A stretch of 35,455 bases of DNA from assembly GCA_009602735.1 (NCBI GenBank), contig WELA01002336.1, positions 89,093 to 124,547 on the forward strand, in the 5' to 3' direction. The notes below the pieces were generated by a model. That model made no database searches and was not told the origin of the DNA. It saw nothing but the letters and a program-made list of their open reading frames with translations. Source of the stretch: Mesotaenium endlicherianum (Eukaryota). The translations under genes and the position numbers were made by a program. How positions within the stretch are numbered: position 1 is the first letter of the stretch; every line of letters begins with the position of its first letter. This document shows, in pieces, positions 1 to 12,399 of the stretch.

Positions 1-252
1 CCCACCCATCCCAACCCCCCGCGATCCAGTGATCAGGAGATAGCTTACAGGGGGGACGGCGGCGCAGACGTGTGCCGAGAGAGGGTGGGGGAACAGCAAG
101 CGCAGGGCATAGGGCTCGTTTTGCTCGCCAGCTGTTGCTGCCTGGCTCCTCCCTACCAAACCCCCGGCCTGGCCTCTGCCTTTGGGAGGCACTTCGATGA
201 GGTCCAGCGATGCGGGGGTGCCCTCGTGCACCCTCCTGCTCATTGAGAAAAT

Positions 253-255
<3 letters not shown>

Positions 256-347
<92 letters not shown>

Positions 348-352
348 GAGAG
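256..352. repeat. (GA)n microsatellite
   Basis: Near-perfect GA run read directly; explains the ER/SL repeats in ORFs 210..1007 and 240..605. Confidence 0.97.
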
Positions 353-2857
353 TAAGGGAGCTGCCACACGTCGGGTGCTGCAGGGGACAAGGGAGAGGCA
401 GTATGCGTACCAAATGACGTCGATTGAGAGGTGTGCTCTGCCGCCCGAACGGATAAGCCCTCAGCCAGGTTCTAGGGGAAGTTTGCACTTGAGTGAGGCA
501 CTGGATATTACTTTGGCATCTCGGTACCGATGCTACAGAACATGGAAACACGTCCTTTCGCATGTGCGTGTGCAAACATGCATGGGAGCATGTTGCCAGA
601 CACACGTCCTCGTGAAGGAGATTATCACGGGACCTCTTCCTAACGTATCTCGAAGTAGACGCAAAGCACCCTCAGAATTGTGTCTGTATGTGCTGCCGAC
701 AGATACCACCTCACAGGGGGCGCCTGCCGCACAGCTTAATAGTTACCTCCTCTCATTCTCCCTCTGTCAAAGCGATATCACCAAGCTGAGATCTCCTTCC
801 TCCATGCTCACAAGTCAGTTCTCGCATCACAGACGCCTCCTTTCAGGCCCTGTATCATCACTACCTCGTGCCCACCCTTGTCATCAAGTAGTGTTACTTT
901 TGCCTCCCCCTAGAGAGTGTTTTTTCAAGACACTGAGAGGACACAAGCTGCACTTCTTCTACCAGTTTCTCTTACACTTGAAGATCATGGCCACTGAACA
1001 TTCATAGACTCACCAAGTCCTTCAGCATACATGCCGGCTCTCTTGATGCGGTGTGCCGATGCTCACATGTCTGTGGAAGTGAAGAGTCTTTGTGCTCGAG
1101 AGGACAAGGCATGCACTGTGAGGTGGCAACTCCAGCAAGATCCACATCCCCCAGCTTAACCCACCCTACACCCTTCTTACTGCACCACTTCTCGTCCCAA
1201 ACGACCCCCCATAACAGCTGCAGCACGTGCCCACATTGTACTCTTACTTCCTCCAGAGGACTAGCCTGTACATGCTTCTGAACATAGCGCCTGATTAGCT
1301 AGCTTGAAGGTAACCGTGCAGCTTTCTGTTTTATGACTAGGATGCATCTGCCCAACAACATCAGCTCATTGCATGTATCCGTGACTAAGTTATATGACTG
1401 GTAAAGCTCGTCACTTGATAGCGTTGCGCATGAATGTACGTAGCAGCAACATGCGCCTCTGTATCCACAGATAATTGTATGTAGATACACATATGTACCT
1501 CTCAACACCCTGCTTCAACGTGTCTGATGCCCTCTTTTCCCTTGCTCTGAACTTACCAGCTAAGGACATGAGATTGTGGTTGCCCTTCCTGAGGGCTGTT
1601 TGCTGCAGGAATGAACAATCCTCCTCCTATAGTGCCAGCGCGTGGCAGAACTTCGGGCAGCGTCAGCTGGCTGGTGCCAACAGCTACAACCAGCTCATGC
1701 CATCTCAGCTCATTCGACACCAGTGGCGTTTCCATCGTGTAGTCAAGGTCAGAGCTACTCGTGGATAATTAACTCTTACCAAATTTAGACCCGCATACTT
1801 TGGTTTCTTATCGTCGTACAACATGTACCTGGATCTAGACCCATGCGTAGGACGCACGGCCCCTTTACTTCAACTGAGTGCAGATCGAAGTACCCGCTCG
1901 ACAAAAGGACTTACTTCGTTATCATCCGCAAGTCTCGATTTTAAGTTTGAATAAGCTCCTACAGAACCATATGCACACCGGTGTCTAACCTACGTATCTT
2001 TCAAAGGTATGTATTCTAATTCATCCTAGTTTGCAGAGTGCTGAAGCAGCACTCTGAAAGTCAACTAAGTCGCTCTCGTCTCAATTTTGCACTGGTGATG
2101 TTCCGATGATCGACTCTCGTTGGGGTCGCGCTCATTTGTCAGGCTTTTGCTTCATTCCAGTTCGTTTCCTACATCGTGAGGGACCCCTTTAGATTGTAGT
2201 CGATCATTTGAAGTACATTTCTACACGTACCATCAGTACCATTCGAATATATTTGCCCGAGTTCCCAATTTTAAACCCGATGGAATTCAGTAGTGGTCGA
2301 ACTTCGGAGAGGATCGACAGTGTGGTGAATCCAGTTCGACTTTCTTCCCTCGCGGACGGAGCAATGAAGCCCAATTAAGAGCAACAACTAGCATGTATGA
2401 GTCGGTTTCATGCAGATTTCGAAATGTGATATATGTATCACGTAGATGAGCTCGAGCTAAGCGAATGTGCTTCAAGAGACTATTCTGTTTTACCTATTAG
2501 CAGAATCTTCCTGGCTACATTGGAAGAGGTTAAAAGGTTAATGAGTGCCCCTTCTACTGCAGTACACGATTTTCATAGGGGAAGTGTGGGATATTTACTA
2601 TTTAGTTGGGATTGAGATTTAGAGTCCATTCTTTGCATTATCCTGGGGAAGCCTGATTGGGCTTGCCTCAGATGCTGAGTTTGAGTATCGGAAGATCAAC
2701 CTTTTTGGGATCTTTAGCGACTCATGTATTCCTTTCACTGCCTCGCAGACCCACAAGACGCATGCATGCAACTTATGTAGGTCTCAAGAGGAGACACGTG
2801 TGTTTCCTCCCGGGGGTTCCCATTGTTTCCTTTGGGAACTTACCGTCCCTACGTGAG

Positions 2858-5800
2858 ATGCATCCTGACCAGAGCAGTGCAGATCGATCTTTTAAAGAAG
2901 AATGTATATTCTGTCAGGTTGTGAAAGGCAGCACAAGCGGTCACACCAATGGCATCCTGCACAGGGTGAGGACATGTGGCTCCTCAACATCTCAACCGTC
3001 AGCTTAACATCTTACGGTTGTGGAAAACGTTAGGGGCTACTACCCCAATCTAGTTGTATTGTATCACTCCACTTCGCTTCTATTACAATGTGTAGTAGTA
3101 CCCCATGTGGAAAACATCATTCACCTGCTTTTGACTTCGTGAGTCGGATTGCTCTACCATCTCTCTGGGAGGAGACAGAGCCACCAACTCCAGAAATGTG
3201 GAAGCAGGAATCACGCACTAAAAGAACATGGCAGTCCAGGCGATACAACACATCACAATGTCAGAGTGATCAGTCTAGGTAGACGATACCCACTTGGACC
3301 AGTGTAAGAGAAAGGCCTCAGATGGAGCTCAGGAGTTTGTGAATTGACCAGGAGCCTAATGAACAAGGGGATGACCTGTTGTCCTGCTGACCCTGTCAAC
3401 CTGTTCACCTGTTGACAACACCTGGAGTGTATGTCTGAATTCCTGCACAGATTTTGATCTGTGAAATTGCCTGGTGTCATAAGAAGCAAGGTTGACCACG
3501 GTTGACCCCTGTTGAACTGTTCCATGTGCACATCTGTCTGCCTGCACAGGATGAGGAGGTGGTTGCTTTTGCAGATATACGTCCTGCTGCCTTCAAGTGA
3601 GTCCCTACTCTGTGCTACTGGCTGCGTTACTGCTCCATGTTATGTGATGCATTGGTGAAGTTAATCATCTCTTGAAAGAAAAGGCTCAGAAAGCTGTCCC
3701 CTCGTAATGTGTAAGATTAGTATTTCAGAATGGCAGAACACAATGAACTGTCCCCTCGTAATTTGTAAGATTAGTACTTCAGAATGGCAGAACACAGTGA
3801 ACTGCTCGCTATGAAGTGAGGTGGCTGTCATGGATGTCGATGCGTGAGTGCGTGAGAAGAGTGTAACGACAATTTCGTAGATGACATTTATTCACAATAA
3901 AGTTAAGCATATGTCCATGTAAATATAACAGCATTTGAATGAATGTGTCCGCATGACTTTGTAGTGATTCTCCGAGTGATTGCGCCCACGGTGACAGGCA
4001 GCGGGGAACCTCAAGATTGCATGTGTGTTTCCCACTTCTTGCCCCATTTCTCACATTCTGATAGGTCCAACTTTATTTTATAGTGACGTTGGCTTCGCAG
4101 TAGTCAAGTGAGGGGTGGACAATGAGCAGCCAGAGAGTACCTATTAGTTTCATTTTTTTGAAAAGGAAAGACAGAAGTCACCTTTTCCTCTTCCATTCGG
4201 AGACCCGCCACGACCCTGAAACCTCTGTCTTTTCTTTTCATCGCAGCTTAGCGGGTATTGTGAATGGGCAAGCCAAAACAGACTCCACATGCACTTGCAG
4301 CTGCTACCTCTATCCTCACCATAAGCCCATGCCGCACGGTGTGCGCCAGGTGGCACTTCTGCAGTCGGTCACTTGGCTTGTTACGCTTCGCCTTACCAGC
4401 ATACTGCCCTCCGCCTCCCCCTCCCCCCCCCTCTCTTCCTCGCTCTTTCTCGCCAGGCATTACCTCGTGGTCCCCACCGCCCACGTGAAGACCATAAACG
4501 ACCTCCAGCACACCGAATCTGACTGCCATCTGGGTACTATCGATCATGGCGAGCGCCGCTCCTCCTCCTCCTCCTCAGCCACCGCCGCCGCCGCCGCCGC
4601 CTCCTTCACCTCCTCTTCCTCCTCCACCACCTCCTTCACCTCCTCCTCTTCCTCCTCCTCAGCCCTCCCCCCCCCCTCCTTCTCCTCCTCCTCTACCGCG
4701 TCCGCGTCCGCATCCACCTCCTCCTTGCGCATGTGCTTGTCCTTCAGACGATGCCAGCTGTTGGAATGCAGGCACCTCCTGTGCGGCCACTTTGATAGAG
4801 CATCTCTTGCATCAACGCCTTGCTAGCAGCATAGCACGTCATGTGAAGGGCTGCTGCACGACACCTTGAAGAGTTTTGAACGAGCAAGGGGGGAACCAGG
4901 TCTCCTGAGCGCAGACTGAGCAAGATGACCGACGCGCGTAGAAGACGAGCCCTACCGTATCGCAACCAGCCGGTTGCGCTAAGCAGAGGACGTCAAAGAT
5001 GCAGAAAGGTGCCACTTGGCGGGCCGGCTGCTCCGCCAGTTACGTTAAACGGGCAGTCACCGCTTCAGAAGATAGCTGGGCAATGTGCACTTAGCCCCGG
5101 AGACGTAGGCTCCCCACGAGAGGCGCTGCCACGTCGCTATTCCGGGCTGTAATGTGTACTGCGAGCGCGGCAGGGGGCCGTCGGAGCGGAAGGGGGAGAA
5201 GATTGGAAAAGAGTGGGTTTGAGCCTTTTACACGGGCAGTGCAGAAGACGTCGGCAATCGGTCCCTGGATGCACGAGTTGGGAAACTGGTGCAACGTGAC
5301 TCCAAGAAGGAGAAGCTCGTCAACAGCTTGGGGCTGAGGAGGGCTGGGGCTGGGCCTGGGGCTGGGGGGCTGGGCAGTGCAGAGGATGGTGGCGGTGGGG
5401 CAGGAGCTGCTGCGGCGTGACGCCCCCCTCGCCCCCTCCTACAGGTAGGTGAGGGAGCGCGCATGTGTGATTGACTCTGATTTCACCCCCCCCAAACCCA
5501 CTTATTGCCTGCTTGCACGCACACGCATACGCACGCATGCACGCACGCACATGTGGGCATGCACATGTGTGCACACGCACCCACGATCTAGACCCGAAAT
5601 CGTCCTCCCACTTTGTTATCTTTTATGCTCTACCCCAATATGCACGGCGCTAAGGGTCGGGAGATAGGGCCCCCCGCCGTTTCATGATGCGGGTGGGACG
5701 CATCCCCTGGCCCTCTCGGGCAGGTGAGGGAGCGTGAGCAACCACCCCGCCCACTTGGCCCCGCGGTGGCTGGCCACACACATCCCATCCTGGCATGCAG

Positions 5801-7520
5801 ACCCCGCTCCTTTCTCCCAACCCCACTGGCCTCCCCTGGGCCAGAGTCATCTGACGTCCACTTCTAGGGCTTGGGTGAAGGATTCAGCATGCTCCAGAGG
5901 AATGTTTCCCTTGGGTACTTCTTTAATATACGCTCTTGCTGAGCATGTATTTAGACCCCCCCCCCGAGCCTCGTTCCGGAGTGCTGAGGGCGGGGTGGGG
6001 GCAGGGGGCTGGAGGAGGAGGGGGNNNNNNNNNNNNNNNNNNNNNNNNNNNNNNNNNNNNNNNNNNNNNNNNNNNNNNNNNNNNNNNNNNNNNNNNNNNN
6101 NNNNNNNNNNNNNNNNNNNNNNNNNNNNNNNNNNNNNNNNNNNNNNNNNNNNNNNNNNNNNNNNNNNNNNNNNNNNNNNNNNNNNNNNNNNNNNNNNNNN
6201 NNNNNNNNNNNNNNNNNNNNNNNNNNNNNNNNNNNNNNNNNNNNNNNNNNNNNNNNNNNNNNNNNNNNNNNNNNNNNNNNNNNNNNNNNNNNNNNNNNNN
6301 NNNNNNNNNNNNNNNNNNNNNNNNNNNNNNNNNNNNNNNNNNNNNNNNNNNNNNNNNNNNNNNNNNNNNNNNNNNNNNNNNNNNNNNNNNNNNNNNNNNN
6401 NNNNNNNNNNNNNNNNNNNNNNNNNNNNNNNNNNNNNNNNNNNNNNNNNNNNNNNNNNNNNNNNNNNNNNNNNNNNNNNNNNNNNNNNNNNNNNNNNNNN
6501 NNNNNNNNNNNNNNNNNNNNNNNNNNNNNNNNNNNNNNNNNNNNNNNNNNNNNNNNNNNNNNNNNNNNNNNNNNNNNNNNNNNNNNNNNNNNNNNNNNNN
6601 NNNNNNNNNNNNNNNNNNNNNNNNNNNNNNNNNNNNNNNNNNNNNNNNNNNNNNNNNNNNNNNNNNNNNNNNNNNNNNNNNNNNNNNNNNNNNNNNNNNN
6701 NNNNNNNNNNNNNNNNNNNNNNNNNNNNNNNNNNNNNNNNNNNNNNNNNNNNNNNNNNNNNNNNNNNNNNNNNNNNNNNNNNNNNNNNNNNNNNNNNNNN
6801 NNNNNNNNNNNNNNNNNNNNNNNNNNNNNNNNNNNNNNNNNNNNNNNNNNNNNNNNNNNNNNNNNNNNNNNNNNNNNNNNNNNNNNNNNNNNNNNNNNNN
6901 NNNNNNNNNNNNNNNNNNNNNNNNNNNNNNNNNNNNNNNNCCCCCTCCCCCTGTTTCCCCCCCTTCTTCTCTCCTTTCCACCCTTGCTCTGACGAGGTTG
7001 AGATATGTCACATAGTAGCCTGTGCAAGTAAGCCGACTTCAGCTGCATAACTCCACACACAGCTCAGACGAGAACCTGAGGCGCACTGGAAAAGAATGTC
7101 GACACCTGGAACTAGATTTTGACGTATACCCGCCAATAGGATGCGAAGAGATGTGTATCCGAGGAGCTCAGGCCACCACCATGGCCAAAGGCGGTTGCTC
7201 TTAAACGCTATCAAGATTGTGTGTCTCATATGTTAGCGCCGCCGACAAGTTTACTCAGGTGTGCACGTATGGAGATAATCTGGACAGTTAAAGAGGTGTG
7301 TGCGTGTATATGTAGTATATGCATATTAGTGATCTCTGGTTTTGAAAGAGGACCTTCAGGGCCATCCTACAGGCTCACCTTTTTCTTGCATTTGCGTGGC
7401 AGGTGGCGCAAGGTGAAGTACATGGCGCTGGGAGGCTTGGGCGCGTACATCAGTGCCGACGCACTCTTGGAGAGACTGAACCAGAGAGCGGGCTTGTCAG
7501 AGACATTGGGGCAGCCGTAG
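2858..7520 (+). CDS. Spliced HIT-family protein, plant HINT4/HINT3-like; exons 2858-2965, 3550-3596, 4457-4533, 5378-5444, [one exon likely in the N gap], 7403-7520
   Basis: GT..AG-bounded exons, the first four joining in compatible phases, give EECIFCQVVKG...ILHR|DEEVVAFADIRPAAFK|HYLVVPTAHVKTINDLQHTESDCHL|VQRMVAVGQELLRRDAPLAPSYR|...|WRKVKYMALGGLGAYISADALLERL. This matches the CIFC / AF.DI.P.A..HYLV.P..H pattern of HINT proteins. The start is uncertain (possible acceptor at 2780 implies an upstream exon). Confidence 0.88.
3694..3804. repeat. Intronic tandem duplication, 54-bp unit x2
   Basis: CTGTCCCCTCGTAAT.TGTAAGATTAGTA.TTCAGAATGGCAGAACACA.TGAA starts at 3694 and 3748, with 3 mismatches. 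Confidence 0.9.
4555..4725. repeat. Intronic (CCT)n/(GCC)n low-complexity tract
   Basis: Read directly; produces the poly-S/P/E/A pseudo-ORFs. Confidence 0.9.
6025..6940. other. Assembly gap (N run)
   Basis: N characters, flanked by G-rich and C-rich sequence. Confidence 1.
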
Positions 7521-7930
7521 CCAAATTTGAAATCACCCTCCCATATAAGAAGCGATAGGTTCAATCAGCAAGAAGTATAATTAACTGCCAAGAAAATCCG
7601 TAGCCATGGGAGTGAGCAAAAATATGCACAATTTACCTCAAAGAGACATGAAAAGCTCACAAAGGAGAACTATTAATAGTTATTGCTCGATGCTGCACGA
7701 AACATTGTCATTAAGACTTCGATGGAATGCACAGAGACTCACACAACCCAAAAAAAACAGTAAGAATAAGATTGAACAGAGTGGAACTTTTTGGCCGCAA
7801 GAGTCTCAATAAAGCGCGGCGCAATTAAGTGTCAGTTTGATGCGCTTAAAATGACCCCTCGGGGAACTTTTTCAAGGCTCGCGCGCCGAAAACTGGTGTC
7901 CAATTTTTAACCCGGGTGAGTTTCATGTGA

Positions 7931-8457
7931 GTGGCTGCTTCCAGCAAAGGCGAGAGCAGGAGTAGGGATCTTAAACCCACATTCATTGGCAGGGAGTGTC
8001 GCAAACTCATAGACAATGTGGAGAAGCTGGTAGACCACCTCTTCCCTTTGCCTGAGGATGCTGTTACAAAGGAAAATATCATGCTTGCATGGGAGACATT
8101 TTGCGCGTGCTTAGCGCCGCTTGCACAACCTTTGCCCTACACAGACTTACAAGCAGATAGAGATGCAAAAGCTGCAGAAGTAGAGGCACTAGCAGAGTAC
8201 TTTGAGAACAGTTATGTAGACGCTTGTGCAACAGCACATGTAATTGAGTATATGCACATTCTAAAATGCTACATACCAGCCATGATACGCCGTCACGGGG
8301 ACTTGGACCAATTAGCAGAGAGGGCATTGAGGCCTTGCACCATTGGAGAAAGACCTCAAACACCAACAAGAGAAGGTGCGGGGTGGACAAACTAGGAAGG
8401 AGGTACACAGTGAGTAGAATTTCACAGAGTACAGGCCATGAAGCATGCAGTCGCTAA
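7931..8457 (+). pseudogene. C-terminal fragment of a Transib/Chapaev/RAG1-like DDE transposase
   Basis: FIGRECRKLI ... EYMHILKCYIPAMIRRHGDLDQ[1-nt frameshift ~8313]SREGIEALHHWRK parallels the RAG1 core motifs MNGNFARKLM ... [33 protein letters not shown]. The putative catalytic Glu codon is 8329-8331. Confidence 0.65.
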
Positions 8458-8739
8458 TATGGTACCCCTTTCAAGAACTGAGCGTAAGAGAGTAGGAGAG
8501 TGATGTACACCAGTTAAGTAAGCGACATGCAGGGAGTAGCATAGGATATATGTAGGTAGAAGAAAGCAGTTCATAGGATAAGGTTGCATGCAAGCATGTA
8601 CACATAGATAGAAAATATTCTTTAACTTATGCAACAAGTGCTGAAGCTGTTCTTTAGGTAGCGCTGTGCAATGGTGATAAAGTGATAATGCATTAAATTA
8701 ATATTTACAGCATGAAATACTGTGCACAAGACATACAAA

Positions 8740-9863
8740 TCATGTGATAGAAGCAATGAACATAATTGCATTAATATTCAAAACAAGTGCAAATAAAGAA
8801 TAATGCATAAAAGGTACCGGAAGTGGAGTCCCTTCCCTCTTTCTTTGACTCTCCAAATCATTGAAGGGCACGCTCAAGGCTGTGAGTGCCTGTCGCTTTA
8901 GCTTAATTTCTTCTACAATGCTTTTAGCTTTAGCTTGTGCATTAGCCATTGTTTCCCTCCCCCTCATATTAGCTAACACTGCAACTGACAGTGGTGGAGG
9001 TGCAAACATCTGTGCAATTTGAGCTGCTCTCTCGACTGGTGTCACAAATGCCTGTCTTTGGGCATCAGCTCAATCTTGAGCACGACGCCTGCTTTCCTCT
9101 GCTTCTCTTATCTCCCTCACAGCCTTCTCTCTTTCCTCTCTCTCCCTGGCAGCAGCCTCCTCTTGTTGCTGTGTAAGTAATTTTCTAGCAGCATATCCAG
9201 CTTCCAGCATATAACCTGGAACTTGAACACCATGCTGTTGCATCTGTATGGGATAATCTGCCATTCTGATATAATATGACTTCTACAATCTAAATTGTGA
9301 GGGGCTTTCCAGACTTGCCTATCGTAACACTGATCCGGTGCTAAAATAACATGTCCCCCTCTATTTAATAGAGCAAAAGAGAATTTGAAGGTGAATGTAA
9401 CTTGTCCTGAAACACCCTTTGTCCATTGCATGAATAGTGGAGGGATAACAGCAACTATCTCACCCGAGGCTGGCAATAGCTTAGCCGCACCCCAACCATT
9501 CCTCCTATTCACATGGTGAAAAGATAGTGTAGTGTCTAAGTCTTGCAATGACCAGCAAACTCTTTTAATACTTCTAGACTCGTAAGGCTCAATTTTGGAA
9601 GTATAGTGGGCATATTCCTTGCCAAATCTAAAGAATAACATCATGTACAGGTCCTTGGGCGCATTCATGTCTTGTATCCCAACGCTACTTTGCGGAACAG
9701 CATCTATTCTCTTATACACTCTATGCTGATCATTTGTGAGTCATATGTAAGGATTGACTTCACCGGCTAGAGTGAATAGCTTACCACAAACACAAAAGAG
9801 AGCATGAATATCCCTTTGGCGACCACAACTACTGCAAAAGTTGGGCAACTTAGGCATAGTCAT
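8740..9863 (-). pseudogene. Decayed gene of unknown function: N-terminal zinc-ribbon-like motif, C-terminal coiled coil
   Basis: ATG 9863 gives MTMPKLPNFCSSCGRQRDIHALFCVCG, in frame (one stop or a short intron) with ORF 9117..9719. It continues by frameshift into 9070..9264 and, past an in-frame stop, 8740..9045 (E/R/A-rich helix). Confidence 0.45.
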
Positions 9864-10501
9864 GGTAAAATAAGGCCGCCTCCTTTCTAAAACCCAGCCG
9901 CCATAAACTACAGGTGACCAAATGCCACTCCTATATGCTTTATAGACATTTTTTTGGCAAGAAGAACATGTATGAAGATGCTTCTGGTACCTTTATTATC
10001 ATCCTGTCATCTGGAGACTGAACGTACCCCCGAGCACTCAATCAACTGCTAGAATGACGGCAGAAATTTGTACAAGATTATGCGCGGCAGAGGAGTTAAG
10101 GACTTTGTGTGCTAGCTGTACACACAAGCAGCTTGTAATATTATAAAGAATAGCCCCAGTTTCTGCGTGAAACATTAAGAGAAATTGGCCATAACTAGAC
10201 TTTGCACTCTATGTAGCCTCAATTTTTGGATCTGATAACTATTACCTCCTCTCATACATACTTCACCTTAATCCAAGAGGAAAGTGCAACAAACAGCACA
10301 CAAGCGAGGAGTATGTGTCTCAACTAACTTAACCATGGCGTGCTATGTCAAAAAACAAAGTATCAAGTGATTGCACGTACGCAACATGCAATTTTCTTAG
10401 CGATCAATTTTCGGCGCGAAGTAGGATACGAAACGGAACAAAAGTACCCATAAACGCTAATTTCCAGTGTCTCAAATTTGCCCCACCCGGGGTCGATGTG
10501 T

Positions 10502-11143
10502 TGTTGTAAGACTTGTTTGGAAAAAAATTATCAGATTTTGAGCGACAAAGAAACAAATAAGCACAACAACAAGTATAAGTTGAAAAATTAAAGAGGTGTT
10601 TGTAAAATATGCAATCAAGACACTTTTACAGATTCAAATGTAGTGAAACAGATAGATAAAGTACTGAGTAGAATAGAATATTATATCTATTCAAGAAAAG
10701 GATCTTTGAACACAAGTGGTAGCTTTTTGAAAAAAAGATGGCTTCTTGAAAGATAATATATTTCTGGAATTTGACAAGAACAAGAGTGATTCTAGAATGC
10801 CATTCTATGTTCTAGCTCTTGTTTATATAATTGCTACATAAGTGATTTCTAGGAAGGTGCATGTTGATGTGTTGGCACCCAACACATTCCAAAACTTGCC
10901 ACCTCTTTCTAGAATAATGTACACATGTCCTTTTGATCTAAATACGGCATACTTGACTTTTGCCACATGGAGTTCTTCTAGGTCCTTCCTCTAACTTCGG
11001 AAATGCCTTAGAAGGTTCAAAGGACATGAACCAAGTCACTAGAGTATCTATTCACACTTGAATCCACACAAAACCACTCTAAAAATATTCAAAAGCATTA
11101 CATAATAACAAACTAATGTATTCTAACTCATATCACTACATCA
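10502..11143 (-). mobile_element. Possible solo LTR / LTR relic of an unrelated family
   Basis: AT-rich ~640 bp with TGTTGTA...TACATCA ends and TATATAAA on the - strand near 10825; no TSD. Confidence 0.25.
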
Positions 11144-12399
11144 AAAAATTGCAATAAATTAGACGTTTGAGTGCCTTGAGACAGTAGCTTGATGTCAAGT
11201 TACATTGATGAAAGACGACTGAGAATTCATTGTGGTCTTGACAATGGCTTATTGCCTAATTAGTCAAGTATTTGGAAAATTCTTGGATGTAAGGTTGATG
11301 ATTTCATCAAGAATTTGTATAATTGTTACGTATTTTAGATTTCAACTCTCTGCAAGTTATTGAGTGATTGTGGAGTCAGTGAAAAATTTGTTGGATTCCG
11401 AACAAAAAGGTCGTGATTTCTTGCAAGTAGAGTTGTTTCCACTTCTCAAACTTTGCTTCTAGCTCAATCTATATGATTACACATGTGCACTGTTAGGGGC
11501 CCACTCACGTGTTTGTCATATATTTCATTGTCCGTCACAGGTGTGTATGAATGTCTCACATACATGGGGCCAAATACTAAGAGGTTTAGCATGGACCCAA
11601 GAGGTGGGAGATTAAAAAATCTTTAACATGCTTGAGTGCTGAATGATATTTTGTGTAAATAAGCGTGTACATAACGCAAATGGTGTTGAGGTTATTTGTA
11701 TATTGTCTCTTAATATGCTTATCATGGAATGTTCACTTATTGGCAACTCTTTGTTGTCTTCTTATATCCCTGAGTTAGAGATCTTTAAGTTCTCCCTCAC
11801 ACTCACGAGGTTAGAGAGCGAAGATAAGAAGCTCGCTCCTAGTGTGAGCGACAGTTGGGTTAAAATAAGATTTGGATGTGGATGTGGCAGTCATTCGGGC
11901 CTCGTGCAAGCGAGAAGACATATCAATTTAGACGGCACTAATTAGGGTAATTTTTATATGGCCTAATACATGCACGTGCAAAAACTGCGAGCGAGAAGCC
12001 ATGTTCAACCTGTGGCAACTTGTGTTACACCTCGCTCGTGTTCGCGTTTTGTACCCACGTTACTTACGTAGTACTTCGCGCGTGTATTAGGCACATTGTC
12101 TTTCGTTGAGCTAATCGCACGTGTTGCCTTCATTATCACCTCACTTAACTCATCCTACCAGATTCTTACTATATAGGTTGCCTTCACTCACTATAATTAA
12201 TATCCATGGGGACGTAACCGTCTCAAACTTTTTGAGTTTCGTTCATTTTTTCCAGCCAATTAAGTAAGGCTTGTATTGAAGATATCGAAAAAAATTGTGC
12301 ATAGTGCTCTGAGTTTCAAATATATAGACCTCGGATTGAGAGAACCCCTCTAGTGGAGCAAACTAAATTATGGTCTTGTGGTGTACCTATATTTGCCCT

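Larger units (their letters stand above)
7850..10500. mobile_element. Putative internally deleted DNA transposon (Transib/Chapaev-like)
   Basis: Contains the transposase relic. Inverted motifs CGCGCCGAAAACTG (7882-7895) and CAATTTTCGGCGCG (10405-10418) match 13/14, with GACCCC..GGGG motifs outside each. The candidate right end reads CACATCGACCCC on the - strand from 10500. No left CAC terminus or TSD was found. Confidence 0.35.

Noticed and set aside
49..235. Possible exon of a minus-strand neighbouring gene ((CT)n then CAG acceptor, GTAAG donor)
   Set aside because: No recognisable protein motif; cannot be supported from this window alone.
210..1007. 265-aa ORF with ER repeats
   Set aside because: Product of the GA microsatellite plus non-coding-looking sequence.
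4122..4869. Poly-Ser, poly-Pro (extensin-like) and poly-Glu ORFs
   Set aside because: Intronic trinucleotide low complexity; only 4457-4533 is a supported exon.
5734..7060. Long ORFs of 359-438 aa
   Set aside because: Open only because they cross the N gap.
8406..8412. CACAGTG, the RSS heptamer, near the RAG1-like fragment
   Set aside because: Lies inside the coding relic, with no nonamer at 12/23 spacing; expected by chance.
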